Below, piece after piece: positions 38,116 to 50,333 of a stretch of 64,000 nucleotides of DNA. A program made the position numbers and the translations under genes. Within the stretch, counting starts at the first letter, position 1, and each line of letters begins with the position of its first letter. The notes below the pieces were generated by a model. It did not search any database. It was not told the origin of the DNA and was given only the letters and a program-made list of their open reading frames with translations. Origin of the DNA: Squalus acanthias (taxonomy: Eukaryota); assembly GCA_030390025.1 (NCBI GenBank), contig CM059433.1, positions 30,444,001 to 30,508,000 on the forward strand, in the 5' to 3' direction.

Positions 38116-39510
38116 GGGCTGAATTTTCCATGGTGGTAGCGGGCGCGATCAGTGGCGGGTCGGGTGGGAAAGTTGTTTTTTTTGACAGCGGGTTGGGAAC
38201 CCGCTGTCATCTTGCTCCCATGCGTCCGTCATCGTGGAACCGACCTGACCTACAGCAGCGGGGGACCCAATTGAAATCATTATGAGGTACTTTACAGGCA
38301 CTTAAGAGCTTTTTTCCCCCTACTTTTTTAATTTCCCTGTATGATCACGGGATTCACACAGCTCGGGAACCACGTCTGTCAACCTGAGGTGTGAGTTCCA
38401 TGGCCATTGCTCCAGCTGATTACTTGACAGCATGGAAACGAAACCAAAATAAAAACATGTTGATTAAATCAGCGAACAGATTGATAGAGATTCTGTTCTA
38501 CTTGAAAAGCTACTGGTAAATGTTAATTCAGAAATTCCTGAAGGGATGTAAGTGCTACCCTGGATGGTGAGGGAAATACATTTTTCACTGGCCATTCTCG
38601 GCTGTTGCCTTCCAACTGAACAGTAATTGCAGTGAATTGATCTGCACTATAAAAAATGACATACATCATTTAAATACATTTTTGTGTTGTTTCTGGTCAG
38701 GTTTTTCTCAGGTTTTCTCAGGTTTTTCTCACAGTATACTGTGATTGTCCAGTTACACATTAAATCAAGTTATCAACCGTAACAATTTCATTCTCATCAC
38801 TCATTCCGCTGGTTCAATTTGCTTTCAGTCCCTGAATATGACTAATGTAATTTTTCAGTCTGAGACTTTAGGGTGAATTTCTGCGCAGGTTCTCTCACTT
38901 GTCCATTGTTAACTTCAACGGAAGGGCTGAAGCAATCCCAGAAACACATTGTAAGCACCACTTACACTGTTTGTCAGGGATTCTGCAGCTCTTCCGCTGA
39001 ACTTGCATAAGATTACAAATCCACCCCTTTACAATTACATTTAAAATCTGTTTAATTTTATGTATTACCTATACACACACTTTTATTTGTACCAGTTACT
39101 GATACAAAAGTCTATAGATTTGTGGCTACAGCACCGATAACATCCCAATTAATGTACTTTTTAAATTATGTTCTTGATCGTATTTGTAGATGGAGTCATA
39201 TTACTTAATATTATTTAAATATTTCTTTGTCACTCATTTATAACTTTTATTGTATAGTAAAGATTCAACACCCACTATGTTAGATTAAACTTAAAATTTA
39301 ATGTGGCCATGGATCCCAGCTTAAAAGACGTCATGAATGACGTCACCAGATCCACTCCATCTCATTGGGCCAGGTAACGCGCTGGGTGGGCTTAATAGGC
39401 CCCATATAGGTAAGTTCATTTTCTACAGTGGAATGGAACCAGCAGCGGGGTCGTGACCCGTCATGGACACTGGCCACACCGGACCTGCCAAGGTAAGGAA
39501 AATTCTGGCC
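38116..39510. mobile_element. Non-autonomous PIF/Harbinger element (1395 bp) with a possible nested short MITE at 38871-39027
   Basis: TIRs GGGCTGAATTTTCC / GGAAAATTCTGGCC; CAA TSD; removing it restores the SINE tail TATAAATGCAAGTCTTTCTTTC. Confidence 0.85.
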
Positions 39511-39534
39511 CAAGTCTTTCTTTCTTCTTTCTAT

Positions 39535-41640
39535 CTAACACATTTATTAGGAGAGCTGGGGCATTCATCCAGTTTGGCATGACAACACGCCAGCAACGTT
39601 AGGGCCATCCAATTGGATTACATTGCTAGGTTTCCCAAAATGCAAGGTGCAATGGATGACACCCGTGTACCAGCGTGAGACCCATCATCAGCTTCCCAGG
39701 TGAACTAGGGGTGGACAATAAAATGCAGACAAATGTTGCCCACATCGTGTGAACAAAGTAAAAAAAGCCTTCATGTGGATGCCAGTTTTGATGGAAGTTG
39801 CCACAATGCATTCATCATCAGGAAATTAGTTCTTACTGAGCTCGTCAAGAAAGATACTCAAGTAGATGGATGGTTTCTGAGTGACGAGGTCTTACCCCTT
39901 GCTGCCATGGATGATGGCCCCTTCTAAGAGTTCCAAGCAGCTGAGAAGCACCACAATGAGTCACATGCCTCTCAGAGAGGTCACTGAGAAGGCCATTGGG
40001 ATCTTATGGGTTACTTTCGCTGCCTTGATATATCAGGATGGGGTTTGCAATACTGTGCAGAACGTGTATTGTGCATTGTTGTAGTTTTCTTTTGCGATGA
40101 CACAACCTTGCTTGACCCCGGTTCGTATGTGAATTGGGTCTGTGGTGGAACCATTGGTCAGGATCACGGCTTGCATGTCGTCGTGAAACAGGCGGAGGAT
40201 GGTGACAAACTTTTGAGGGCAGCCGAATTTGAGGAGGACACTGCATAATCCCTCACGGTTGACAGTGTCGAAGGCCTTTGTGAGATCAAAGAAGGCCATG
40301 TGCAGCGGTTGGTGCTATTCCCTGCATTTCTCTTGTAATTGACGTGCGGTGAAGATCATGTCCATTGCGCCCCTTAGTGGGCAGAATCCGCATTGCGACT
40401 CTGGGAGGAGCTCTTCGGCCACTGGGAGAAGGCGACTGAGGAGGATTCTTGCGATGACTCCTTGCTGCAATCTTCCTTGCTGCAATGCTCCATCTCACCC
40501 TCAGTAAGCTCCCCGCTGGAGTGGAGCTAATTTACAGAACAAACGGGAAACTGTTCAACCTTCGTCGCCTCCAGTCCAGATCCAAGGTCGTCCCATCCTC
40601 TGTCGTCGAATTACAGTATGCAGACGACGCTTGCGTCTGCGCTCACTCGGAGGTCGAACTCCAAACCATCGTCAACACCTTCACCGAAGCGTACGAGAGC
40701 ATGGGCCTTACACTAAACATCCATAAGACAAAGGTCCTCTACCAACCTGCCCCTGCCACACAGTACTGCCCCCCGATTATCAAACTCCACGACAAGGCCT
40801 TGGACAACTTGGACCACTTTCCATACCTCGGGAGCCTACTGTCAACAAGGGCAGACGTCGATGACGAAGTCCAACACCGCCTTCAGTTTGCCAGTGCAGC
40901 CTTCGGTCGCCTGAGGAAGAGAGTGTTTGAAGACCAGGACCTCAAACCCGACACTAAGCTCATGGTCTACAGAGCAGTAGTGATTCTCGCCCTCCTGTAT
41001 GCCTCAGAGACATGGACCATGTACAGCAGGCACCTCAAAGCACTGGAGAGGTACCACCAACGCTGCCTCCACAAGATCCTGCAAATTCATTGGCAGGATA
41101 GGCGCACCAACGTCAGTGTTCTTGCTCAGGCCAACATCCCCAGCATCGAAGCTTTGACCATGCTCGATCAGCTCCGATGGACGGGTCACATCGTCCGCAT
41201 GCCCGATACGAGACTCCCAAAACAAGCGCTCTACTTGGTGCTCCGGCATGGCAAGAGAGCCCCAGGTGGGGAGAGGAAACGCTTCAAGGACACCCTCAAA
41301 GCCTCCTTGAAAAAGTACAACATCCCCACTGACACCTGGGAATCCCTGGCCCAATACCGCACAAAGTGGAGAAGAAGCATCCGAAAAGGCGCTGAACACC
41401 TCGAGTCTCTTCGCTGGGAGCAAGCGGAAGCCAAGCGCAAGCAGCGCACGTCAACCCAAGCACCCCACCCACCGTCTGCCCCACCTGTGACAGAGACTGT
41501 AGGTCCCGCATTGGACTCATCAGTCACCTGAGAACTCATTTTTAATGTGGAAGCAAGTCATCCTCGGTTCCGAGGGACTGCCTAAGAAGAGAAGAAGAAA
41601 AGAGTTTTCTTTTGCCCTGCACAGCTCTGCCATACAAACA
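39535..41640 (+). pseudogene. Decayed Harbinger (HARBI1-like DDE) transposase, interrupted by an RTE LINE
   Basis: Collinear motifs IARFPKMQGAMDDTRV (GAIDCTH), FDGSCHNAFII (PGS.HD), GWFLSD.YPLLPWMMAP (GD.GY), EKAIGIL..FRCLD.SG..LQY, then ALHS after the RTE; stops and frameshifts. Confidence 0.85.
40096..41602 (+). mobile_element. RTE-clade LINE, 5'-truncated, with an inverted 5' segment
   Basis: ORF 40485-41531 with QYADD, FPYLGS and QLRWTGH; antisense RT piece 40096-40459 (DLTKAFDTV, GVKQGCVIA); (AAG)n tail; 13-bp TSD AGTTTTCTTTTGC. Confidence 0.92.
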
Positions 41641-41671
41641 TGTCAGTACAATGGTAGAAATATTGAATTAT

Positions 41672-42334
41672 GAGGCAGAAATTCCGATCCCTACGGGTGT
41701 GTACGCGCTGTGTACTCACCAGTAGGGCCAACGGAAATGCCGGTTTTAGGCATGCACCTGGAAACCGGCATTTCCGTTTTTTGGAGACCCTCCGCCCGCA
41801 GAAAACACTTACAATTCTCGCACCTGGTAAAAGCAGGCATAAGGCGTGCTTTTACCACGATAAGAGTTGAAAAAAGTTTTAAAAAAAATTTCCACTGATT
41901 TATCATTTAAAAATACTTTAAAGAAAGGTAAGTTTATTTTTAGCCCCATTAAAAACTTTAATTATTTTTAAAAAAATAAAATTTTTGTTTAAAATACTTA
42001 ATTTATGTAATTTAGTCATTTAAAAAATGTGATTTAAAAAAAACAATTATTTAAAGTTTTACTATGTTTTGGGGGTGATCTCTCGTCATATATTTGACAG
42101 GTCTTCCTGTATGAAGGGAGATTCCCTTCTCTGATTGGCTCCCCATGGCCCACATGATCCCAGGACGCTGCGAACCGCCTGCGCCTCTGGGATACGTGGG
42201 CCCTGCGCACCAGCAGTTTGGAGAGGCCCAGCAACGGAACTCTGTGCCTCCCGGGAGCCCTCCGGTCCAGGCGCGGATTTTTCCAGATCGCAGCCCTCCG
42301 CCCGCGGGAGGCCTGCGAACGGAATTTCTGGGCC
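41672..42334 (+). mobile_element. PIF/Harbinger-type MITE, family A
   Basis: TIRs GAGGCAGAAATTCC / GGAATTTCTGGGCC; flanks TAT/AAT; same architecture as 3629-4372. Confidence 0.85.
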
Positions 42335-42339
42335 AATTA

Positions 42340-43700
42340 ATTTGCCTCAGTATTTACCGGGGAGGCTAACAGGAGAGACATGACGTCAGAAGAAAAAATA
42401 AAAGAATATATCAAGACATTTAAGATAAAAGGGGGGAGATAATTGATAATCTAGTCAAATTTAGAGAGAATAAGACCCCTGGTCCAGATGGATTACATCT
42501 GCGCATATTGAAAGAAGCTAGAGCAGAGATAGCAGAGGCACTATTACATTTATGTAAGAATCCATGGGAAATGGGAATAGTTCTAGAGGACTGGTGGACA
42601 GTTAATGTTTTTCCTATGTTTAAAAAGGGAGATAGAACAAGTCCAGGTAACTACAGACCAGTTAGCTTAACAGCGGTGGTAGGAATGATAATGGACTCTT
42701 TACTCAAAGATGTAATAGAAAACCATCTAGAAATTGAAAATATAATCAAGAATAGTCAGCATGGCTTTCAAAAGGGAAGGTCATGCTTGACCAACCTGAT
42801 TGAATTTTTGAAGAAGTAACAGAAAAAGTAGATAAAGATAATGTAGTAGATGTTATATACTTGGATTTTCAAAAGGCCTTCGATAAGGTGCCACATAGTA
42901 GACTCATAACTAAGGTCGGAGCATGTGGAGTCAGGGGACAAGTTGCAGAATGGATAGCAAGCTGGCTACGAAACAAAAAACAGAGAGTAGGGAGTTAAAG
43001 CTAGGTCGGCAGACTGGCGGAAGGTGGGAAGTGATGATCCACAGGGGTCAGTGCTGGGACCACTGTTGTTCACAATTTTCATAAATGATTTGGACTCGGG
43101 AATCAGAAGTACAATATCAAAATTTGCAGAAGACACCAAATTGGGGGGTGTAGTTAATAGTGAGGAAGATTGTGACAAATACAAGAAGACATTGCAGAAT
43201 GGGCGTGTATATGGCAAATGAATTTCAAAATAGGTAAATGTGAGGTGGTAAAAAGAATTGCAAGGATGATACCAGAACTGAGAGGTTCAAACTATCAGGG
43301 AAGATTGAACAGACTGGCTCTTTTCTCTAGAAAAGAGAAGGCTGAGGGGTGACCTGAAACTATGAAGGGTTTTGATAGGGTAGACATAGAGAAGATGTTT
43401 CCAATTGTGGGGACGTCAAAACTAGGGGACATAAATATAAGATAGTCACTCGTAAATCCAAAAGGGAATTCAGCAGAAACTTCTTTACCCAGAGAGTTTT
43501 TAGAATGTGGAATTCGCTACAGAGGTGAATAACATAGATGCATTTATGGGGAAGCTAGATAAATGCATGAGGGGGGAATAGAAGGATATGCTGATAAGGT
43601 TAGATGAAATAGGGTGGGAGGAGGCTCGTGTGAAGCATAATGACCAGCATAGATCAGATGGGCCGAATGGCCTGTTTCTGTCCTGTAAATTCTGTGTAAA
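42340..43700 (+). mobile_element. Degenerate CR1 LINE, 3' half
   Basis: NYRPVSLT, QHGFQKGRSCLTNL and PQGSVLGP motifs with deletions. Confidence 0.88.
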
Positions 43701-43759
43701 AAGGCCTGGACCCAGATATGCCTGGGGAGGTGGCCCTTGCTCCTTGCTCCGTGTGGCAG

Positions 43760-45175
43760 GTAAGTTCCATATTCTCACCATTCTGTGTGTGATGAAATTC
43801 CTCCTAAATTCTTTATTTTATCTTAAATTTATGCCCCTTTGTTCCGGACTCACTCACAAGCAGAAACTGTTTTTCTACATCCACCGTATTGAACCCCTTC
43901 GTAATGTTAAAGACACTAGACATCAGGTCTCCCCTTCGTCTTCTCTTTTCCAGAAAAAGGAGCCCCAGCCTGTACAATTTTTCCTGATAGTTGCATCTTC
44001 TCAATTCTGGTAACAACTTTGTAAATCTTTTCTGCACTTTCTCCAGTGCCTATCTTGCTGGTGAATGGCTACCCTAGTTTACTGTCAAAACAGGCATTCT
44101 CTGAGAGCTGAGAATGATGTGCATTGCAACATCAAGGGAAAGCTGACTCAGATATCTTTAGAGAGCTCATAAATAACCTCACTTTCCAACTTTAATACTG
44201 TTGGTATTGATTAGTTAGGATATATAACTTGTCTGTAAGGTCAGACAGTTTGGGATCTATTGTACGTTGCTTGCAATAACAACAACTTGCATTTATATAG
44301 AAATCATAGAAATAAAGCTCCTTTAACATAAGAAAACATCCCAAGGTGCTTCACTGAGCGTCATCAAACAAAAAACTGACACCAAGCCAAAGAAGTAGAC
44401 TTCAGGGCAAGTGACCAAGAGCTTGGTCAAAGAGATAAGTTTTAAGGAGCATCTTAAAGGAAGAGAGAGAGGCGGCGAGGTTTGGGCAGTGAATTCCAAA
44501 GCTTAGGGCTAGATGGCTGAAGGCACAGCCGCCAATGGTGGGGTGAAGGAAGTACAAGAAGCCAGAATTGGATGAGCCCAGAGATCTCAGAGAGTTGTAG
44601 GTCCGCGAGCACAGGGGTGATAAGTGAACGGGACTTGGTGCTCCGAAATCAAACCTCCCTTAAATTCATCAATGCTCTGCTTCAACCACTCCACGTGGTA
44701 GCGAGTTCCACATTCTCACCACTCTCTGTATAAAGAAATTCCTCCTAAATTCTTTATTTGATCTGTTGGTGGCTATCTTAGATTTATGCTTCCTTCTTCT
44801 GGACACACTCACAAGTACAAACAGGTTTTTGACATCCACCCTATCGAACCCTTTCATAATTTTAAAGACCTCCATCAGGTCTCCTCTCTCTTTACCAGAG
44901 AAAAGAGCTCCAGCCTGTTCACTCTTTCCTGATAGCTGCATCCTCTCAATTCTGATAACATCCTTGCTGGCGAATGACTACCCTCGTTTACTCAGATATC
45001 CTCTGAGAGCTGAGAAATGATGCACATGAAATGTTGAGGGAAAGCTGACTCTAATATCTTTAAAGAGCTCATGAATGACCATACTTTCCAATTTTCAGAA
45101 TGCTTGTATTGATTATTTAGGTTGTATAACTTGTCTTTAAGGCCAGACAGTTTGGGATCTATTGTATATGGCTTT
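43760..45175. repeat. Old tandem duplication of a CR1 fragment plus unique flank (43760-44270 and 44695-45175), with an L2 fragment between
   Basis: Collinear blocks such as GGGAAAGCTGACTC and CAGACAGTTTGGGATCTATTGTA occur in both copies. Confidence 0.8.
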
Positions 45176-46598
45176 CACTGGCAAACCTTAAATTAAATAC
45201 AGGTTTCTGCCGGATGGAATACCTTTCTGAGGTTAAGATCAGGGGTCATTTTACGAACCTCAGCTGCCGACAGAGAATCGCTAGTGGCGGGTGGGTCAGA
45301 TATTGTGTGGTAGCCCCCATCTCTGACATGTCCTCACTTTGGCAGAAGGGCCTTGCAAAACGACACTTTAAAGAATGTCTTAGGGGTCTTAGACCATGTG
45401 AAACATCAATAATTATAAAGATACAAAGGTGAAAATTCACAAGTGTAAGTATATATCAGGCTGTCTAGCCGGCAAAGATATTTATTAAAGTTTTGCATAA
45501 TAATTTAGATCTACTGCTGTGTAAATAAATGGCCAGAAATCTGGAGACCACAAGGATGATACCCGAGCTGAGAGGTTACAACTATCAGGAAAGAATGAAC
45601 AGGCTGGGGCTCTTTTCTCTTGAAAGGAGAAGGCTGAGGGCTGACCTGATAGAGGTCTTTAACACGGTCTTTGGTACAAGAGCACATTCAGTCAGAAGAA
45701 CACGATTTCTGCAAAAGATCGCCCAGCCCCCACTCGCCTGGCCTGCACTGGCACTACTATCCAAATAGAATGGAAAATATGCCCTTTTGTAGCCTTTTTT
45801 CAGTCAGATACTCCCACAGTTTAAATACTAAATTTACCCATCGCTTTAAATACTAACTAACCATGTAGCCTTGTACCACGTGGACAGATTTTACAGTTCT
45901 GTGGAACAACAGATGCTCGGTCTATAGTACTTAACTCGAAATTTATAAACTGTACTAAACTGTTCTATAACATTCTCCAAATCCTCTGAGGCACTCTAAC
46001 ATATGGGATTTACTAAATTAGTCGGGTTTTGCCAAATACATTTTAATATCTCATAATTGCAACACACAGCACTAAAAAAAACATAATTTCTTCGACTAAA
46101 ACAGAGCTGAGATGAAAATGAGTAACTGGAAGATGGTGTCTGCAGCAGTCATCATGCTATCAACAAGATTGCTGAGCCTTTCCTAACATCCCACTCATGT
46201 CAGCTGTGGCTCAGTGGGTCGCACCCGCGCTCTCTGAGTCAGAAGGTTGTGGGTTCAAGTCCCACTCCAGAGACATCAGCACAGAATCTAAGCTCACACT
46301 CCAGTGCAGTGCTGAGGGAGTGCTACACTGTTGGAGGCGGCGTCTTTCGGGTGAGATGTTAAACCGAGGCCCCGTCTGTCCTCTCAGGTGGATGTAAAAG
46401 ATCCCACGGCACTATTTCGCAAAGAAGAGCAGGGAAGTTCGTCCTGGTCAATATTTATCCCTCAACCAGCATCACTAAAAAAAAATCCCCAAATTATCTG
46501 TTCATTATTAGATTGCTGTTTGTGGTATCATGCTGTGCGCAAATTGGCTGCTGTGTTTTGCTACATAATAAAAGTGACCACACTTCAAAAATTACTTT

Positions 46599-46832
46599 AC
46601 TTTTAAAATTGCAACATTTAATGTCTCCTGCCTTCCACCCTAGCACAGACCATTCTTTTTGTTCCTTCCTCCCCTCCCCCCTTTCCCTGCCTCTGCACCT
46701 GCTTAAAACCTGTTACATCCCTAACTTTTTCCAGTTCTGACGAAGGGTCACAGACCTGAAACGTTGACTCTGTTTCTCTCTCCACGGATGCTGCCTGGCC
46801 TGCTGAGTGTTTCCAGCATTTTCTGTTGTTAT
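46599..46832 (+). mobile_element. Penelope-like pseudo-LTR insertion
   Basis: About 15-bp TSD TTCAAAAA(T/G)TACTTT; antisense to 29610-29830. Confidence 0.8.
46733..46769 (+). ncRNA. Minimal type I hammerhead ribozyme motif
   Basis: AGTT-CTGACGA-A-GGGTC(ACA)GACCT-GAAAC-GTT-GACT. Confidence 0.7.
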
Positions 46833-47356
46833 TTCAAAAAGTACTTTGTTGGCTGTGAAGTGCTTTGGGACGTCCTGAGGTCAATTGACACCACTGAGCA
46901 GGACAAGGTTCCTACTGCAGACCCAAATGTGTAATACCTTTTTTGATATCAGTGACCTGCCTTCAGAAGCAACAGTGTAATTATAGAGGCTTTCATATTT
47001 ACTTCTTCTATTTCGAGTAGCGGGCAACTGATATCCTTGTGCCGATTCCCCGGAGGTATTTTACCAAATCGTGCTCCTGGTATGGAGCCTCACCGGCAGG
47101 GAGCCCACCTTGGTCCTTTTAAAATGAATGCAGAGAAAATCTAAGGAAGCAATAAGTCATCCAGGCAGGCAAACCTCTATACAGGAACATGCTTTTGTAA
47201 AATGAGCCCTCCCATGATCACATTGCTGGAGGCCACTTCCCTTATTGAATTGTAGACCTACATTTTGCCAGTGCAAACGCAGGGAGCTGGCACACATACT
47301 CTGGCCTCCTGCGATCTTAACAACAAGGGCGTTAAATGAAGTGCAATATCTGCATA

Positions 47357-47890
47357 CAACAACAACAATAACTTGCATTTATATAGCGCCTTTAACGTAG
47401 TAAAACATCTCAAGATGCTTCACAGCAGCGTTATAAAAGAAAATTTGACACTGAGATAAAAGAGGTAGGTTGTAAGGAGCGTCTTAAAGGAGGAAAGAGG
47501 CCAGAATTAGAGGAGCGCAGATATCTCGGAGGGTTGCGGGGCTGGAGGAGATTACAGAGCTAGGGAGGGGCAAGGCCATGTTGTTGTTGTTGCATCTAGC
47601 CTCCTCATAAGATGCCTTCGTTACCTGCCCCAATTCTGGCCTCTTGCGCATCCCTGAGTTTCATTACTCCACCATTGGTGGCCGTGCCTTCAGCTGCCAG
47701 GGCCCTAAGCTCTAGAATTCCCTCTCTAAATCTCTCCTGCCTCGCTCTCTAAGACGCTGCCTAAAACCAAGCTTTTGATCGCATGTCCTAATATCTCCTT
47801 ATGTGGATCGGTGTCAAGTTTTGTTTGATAATTGCTCCTGTGCAGCGCCTTGGGACATTGTACTACGTTAAAGGCACTGTATAAATGTTG
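47357..47890. mobile_element. Two L2 3' fragments in opposite orientation
   Basis: 47357-47580 is antisense and 47630-47890 sense to the L2 3' end. Confidence 0.75.
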
Positions 47891-48269
47891 ATTCTTGGAG
47901 AAGCAGTGCACTGGTGGTGGCCACAGTGAATGGTTGGTGTTGGAACCGCTAGCCTTCCAACCCTCTATCTAATTCTGGCCACACGTGACTCGGGCTCTCA
48001 GCCCACTGGTACAAGCCATCAGTGCGATTTTTGACATTGCTAGTCCATTTGGATCATTCCATTCCATCCCACCTCCAATAGAATAGAAGTTCTTGTGGTA
48101 TTGGCGGTTTCCAAATCTGCTTCGTGGCAAATTGGAGTAAATACAGAAAATGGTGATCATGTTGTACTGGAATAGGATCTTCTACGTAAATAAAAGGTGT
48201 TCAAGTCTAAGTGACGATTTGGGGTTTAGGTTTAATGACAACAATGTTTTATCCAGTTTTCCATATATT

Positions 48270-48580
48270 TTTTATATATTCTCAGGTTGTGGGCGGCACT
48301 AACAAGGCAGCATTTAAAGCCCATCTCTGGTTGCCCTCGCGAAGGTGGTGGTGAGCCTTCTACTTGAACCGCTGCAGTCCGTGTGGTGAAGATAATCCCA
48401 CAGTGCTGTTAGGGAGGGAGTTCCAGGATTTTAACCCAGCGATGATGAAGAAACAGTGATATATTTCCAAGTCAGAATGATGTGTGACTTGGAGGGGAAC
48501 TTGGAGGTGATGATGTTCCCATGCACCTGCTGCCCTTGTCCTTCTAGGGATGGAGGTCACGGATTTGGGAGGTGCTGCCA
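48270..48580 (-). mobile_element. 3' fragment of the tRNA-headed LINE family
   Basis: Antisense to 20965-21270. Confidence 0.8.
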
Positions 48581-48702
48581 TAGGAGCAATCAGATCTAGA
48601 TTATCATGCAAAGTTAGTTTAACTGCCTTTCACTGCTAGACAAGCTGAGGAATACTTCCCTACAATCAGTGAACTTAGGAAAACAACCAAAATTCATATA
48701 TT

Positions 48703-49250
48703 CAACAACAACGGCTTGCATTTATATAGCGCCTTTATCATAGTAAAACGTCCCAAGGTGCTTCACAGGAGCGATTATCAAACAAAATTTGACACCGAGC
48801 CACATAAGGAGGTATTAGGACAGGTGACTAAAAGCTTGGTCAAATAGATAGGTTTTAAGGAGCGTCTTAAAGGAGGAGAGAGTGGTGGAGAAGTGGAGAG
48901 GTTTAGGAAGGGAATTCCAGAGCCTAGGCAGCTAAGGGCACGGCCGCCAATGGTGGAGCGATGAAAATCGGGGATGCGTAAGAGGCCAGAATTGGAGGAG
49001 CAAGATGCCAGAGAGCTCAGTAATTGTAGGGCTGGAGGAGCTTACAGAGATAGGGAGGGGCGAGGCCGTGAAGAGATTTGAAAACAAGGATGAGAGTTTT
49101 AAAATCAAGGCATTGCCGGACCTGGAGCCAATGTAGGTCAGCGAGCAGAGGGGTGATGGGTGAACAGGACTTGGTGCGAGTTAGGATACGGGCAGCAGAG
49201 TTTCGGATGAGCTCAAGTTTATCGAGGGTCCAAGGTGGAAGGCAGGCCAG
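48703..49250 (-). mobile_element. L2 LINE 3' fragment
   Basis: (CAA)n tail; antisense to 15100-15641. Confidence 0.8.
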
Positions 49251-49471
49251 GACTCAAACAAACGGTATCAATCCAGTTCCGAGTGGGTATGGACCCACAG
49301 CACAAACCTTCCTGTTATTCAACACTATCTGGCAACCGTGCTGAGGGAGACCAAAGTAGGGTGAAGGGAATGGGAAAATGTCACACTGATGCAGTCGGGC
49401 TTACTCTTCACAGGTTGTGATTAAGCCAGATCATTGGATACGTTACATTCCTCAGCACTAACGTCTCTTAC

Positions 49472-49498
49472 CTTAATGAGCGGAGATAAAAAAACCCT
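49472..49498 (-). CDS. Candidate 27-nt microexon (or the 3' end of a 333-bp exon 49472-49804)
   Basis: gtttcatttttcag|AGGGTTTTTTTATCTCCGCTCATTAAG|gtaaga; lies at the end of a 111-codon minus-strand ORF in unique sequence. Confidence 0.25.
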
Positions 49499-50333
49499 CT
49501 GAAAAATGAAACATCACTACAATTAAATGATATGGCAGTTTCTGTATAACAATCCATAATAATATCGTTTTTTTTTGGTTGCAGTTGTAATGGCAGTTTA
49601 ATATCTTTTGATTTATACAGTAGTTGACAATGAATGAGTGTCTCTTGGATTAAGGCAGAATCTGTCAAAGAAATCGCACAGAGATCTGAAAGCGTGGTTG
49701 AAGTGCAAGAGATTTCACTTGTCAGGCTTTTGGAACTCAGCCCATTAGCTGGTTTATTCTGGGAAGTATTACGATTAAACATAAATGGACGGTGGTGCGT
49801 CACACTGATAGGAGACAGGATCCAGATGGGGTAGCTCTTTTTTAACTTTTTTAACTTTGAAACTCATACATTGGCCGGAATTTTATTTGGAGGTGGGTAG
49901 GGAGCAGGGGATGTGGGCGCTGGAAAGCGTTTGGGAAACCCAGGAGAACGGGTTTCCCACAGGGCCTGATTAGCATTTCAAAGCACTGATTTCTGGCCGC
50001 ATCCATCCTCATGGAGACGCTGGCTGGCTGGCTGTCGGGTGGGTAGGCCTGCGGCATCAGGCCGCAGAGAGGAGGGAGAGAGGGATGGGGGAATCGGAGG
50101 CCGGAGGAGGATCAGGGACAGAGGGGGGACGCCAGAGGAGGATCAGTCCCGGAAGGAGGAGGCCGGAGGAGAATCGGGGCTGGAGGGGGGAGGATGGAGG
50201 GTGATTGGAGGCCTCGGGGGGGAGGGGGTGTCCAATCACAAGGGGTTGGCAAGGCAACCTCCTGCATCCAGCAGTCCTTGCCTCCCTTTAGCTGGCATGC
50301 GCCTACTACTCTGCCTGCGCCTACTACTCCGCC

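Larger units (their letters stand above)
46198..46882 (+). mobile_element. Full-length tRNA-derived Deu-domain SINE interrupted by a Penelope fragment
   Basis: A box TGGCTCAGTGG, B box GGTTCAAGTCC, Deu-type core, L2-type tail resuming at 46833. Confidence 0.88.

Noticed and set aside
38698..38732. Short tandem repeat (CAGGTTTT(T)CT) x3 as a CRISPR-like or regulatory array
   Set aside because: No spacers; simple slippage repeat. No CRISPR array or prokaryotic operon was seen in the window.
39535..40095. Domesticated HARBI1 gene
   Set aside because: Multiple stops, frameshifts, altered catalytic motifs and an RTE insertion.
46198..46275. Functional tRNA gene
   Set aside because: It is the head of a multi-copy SINE.
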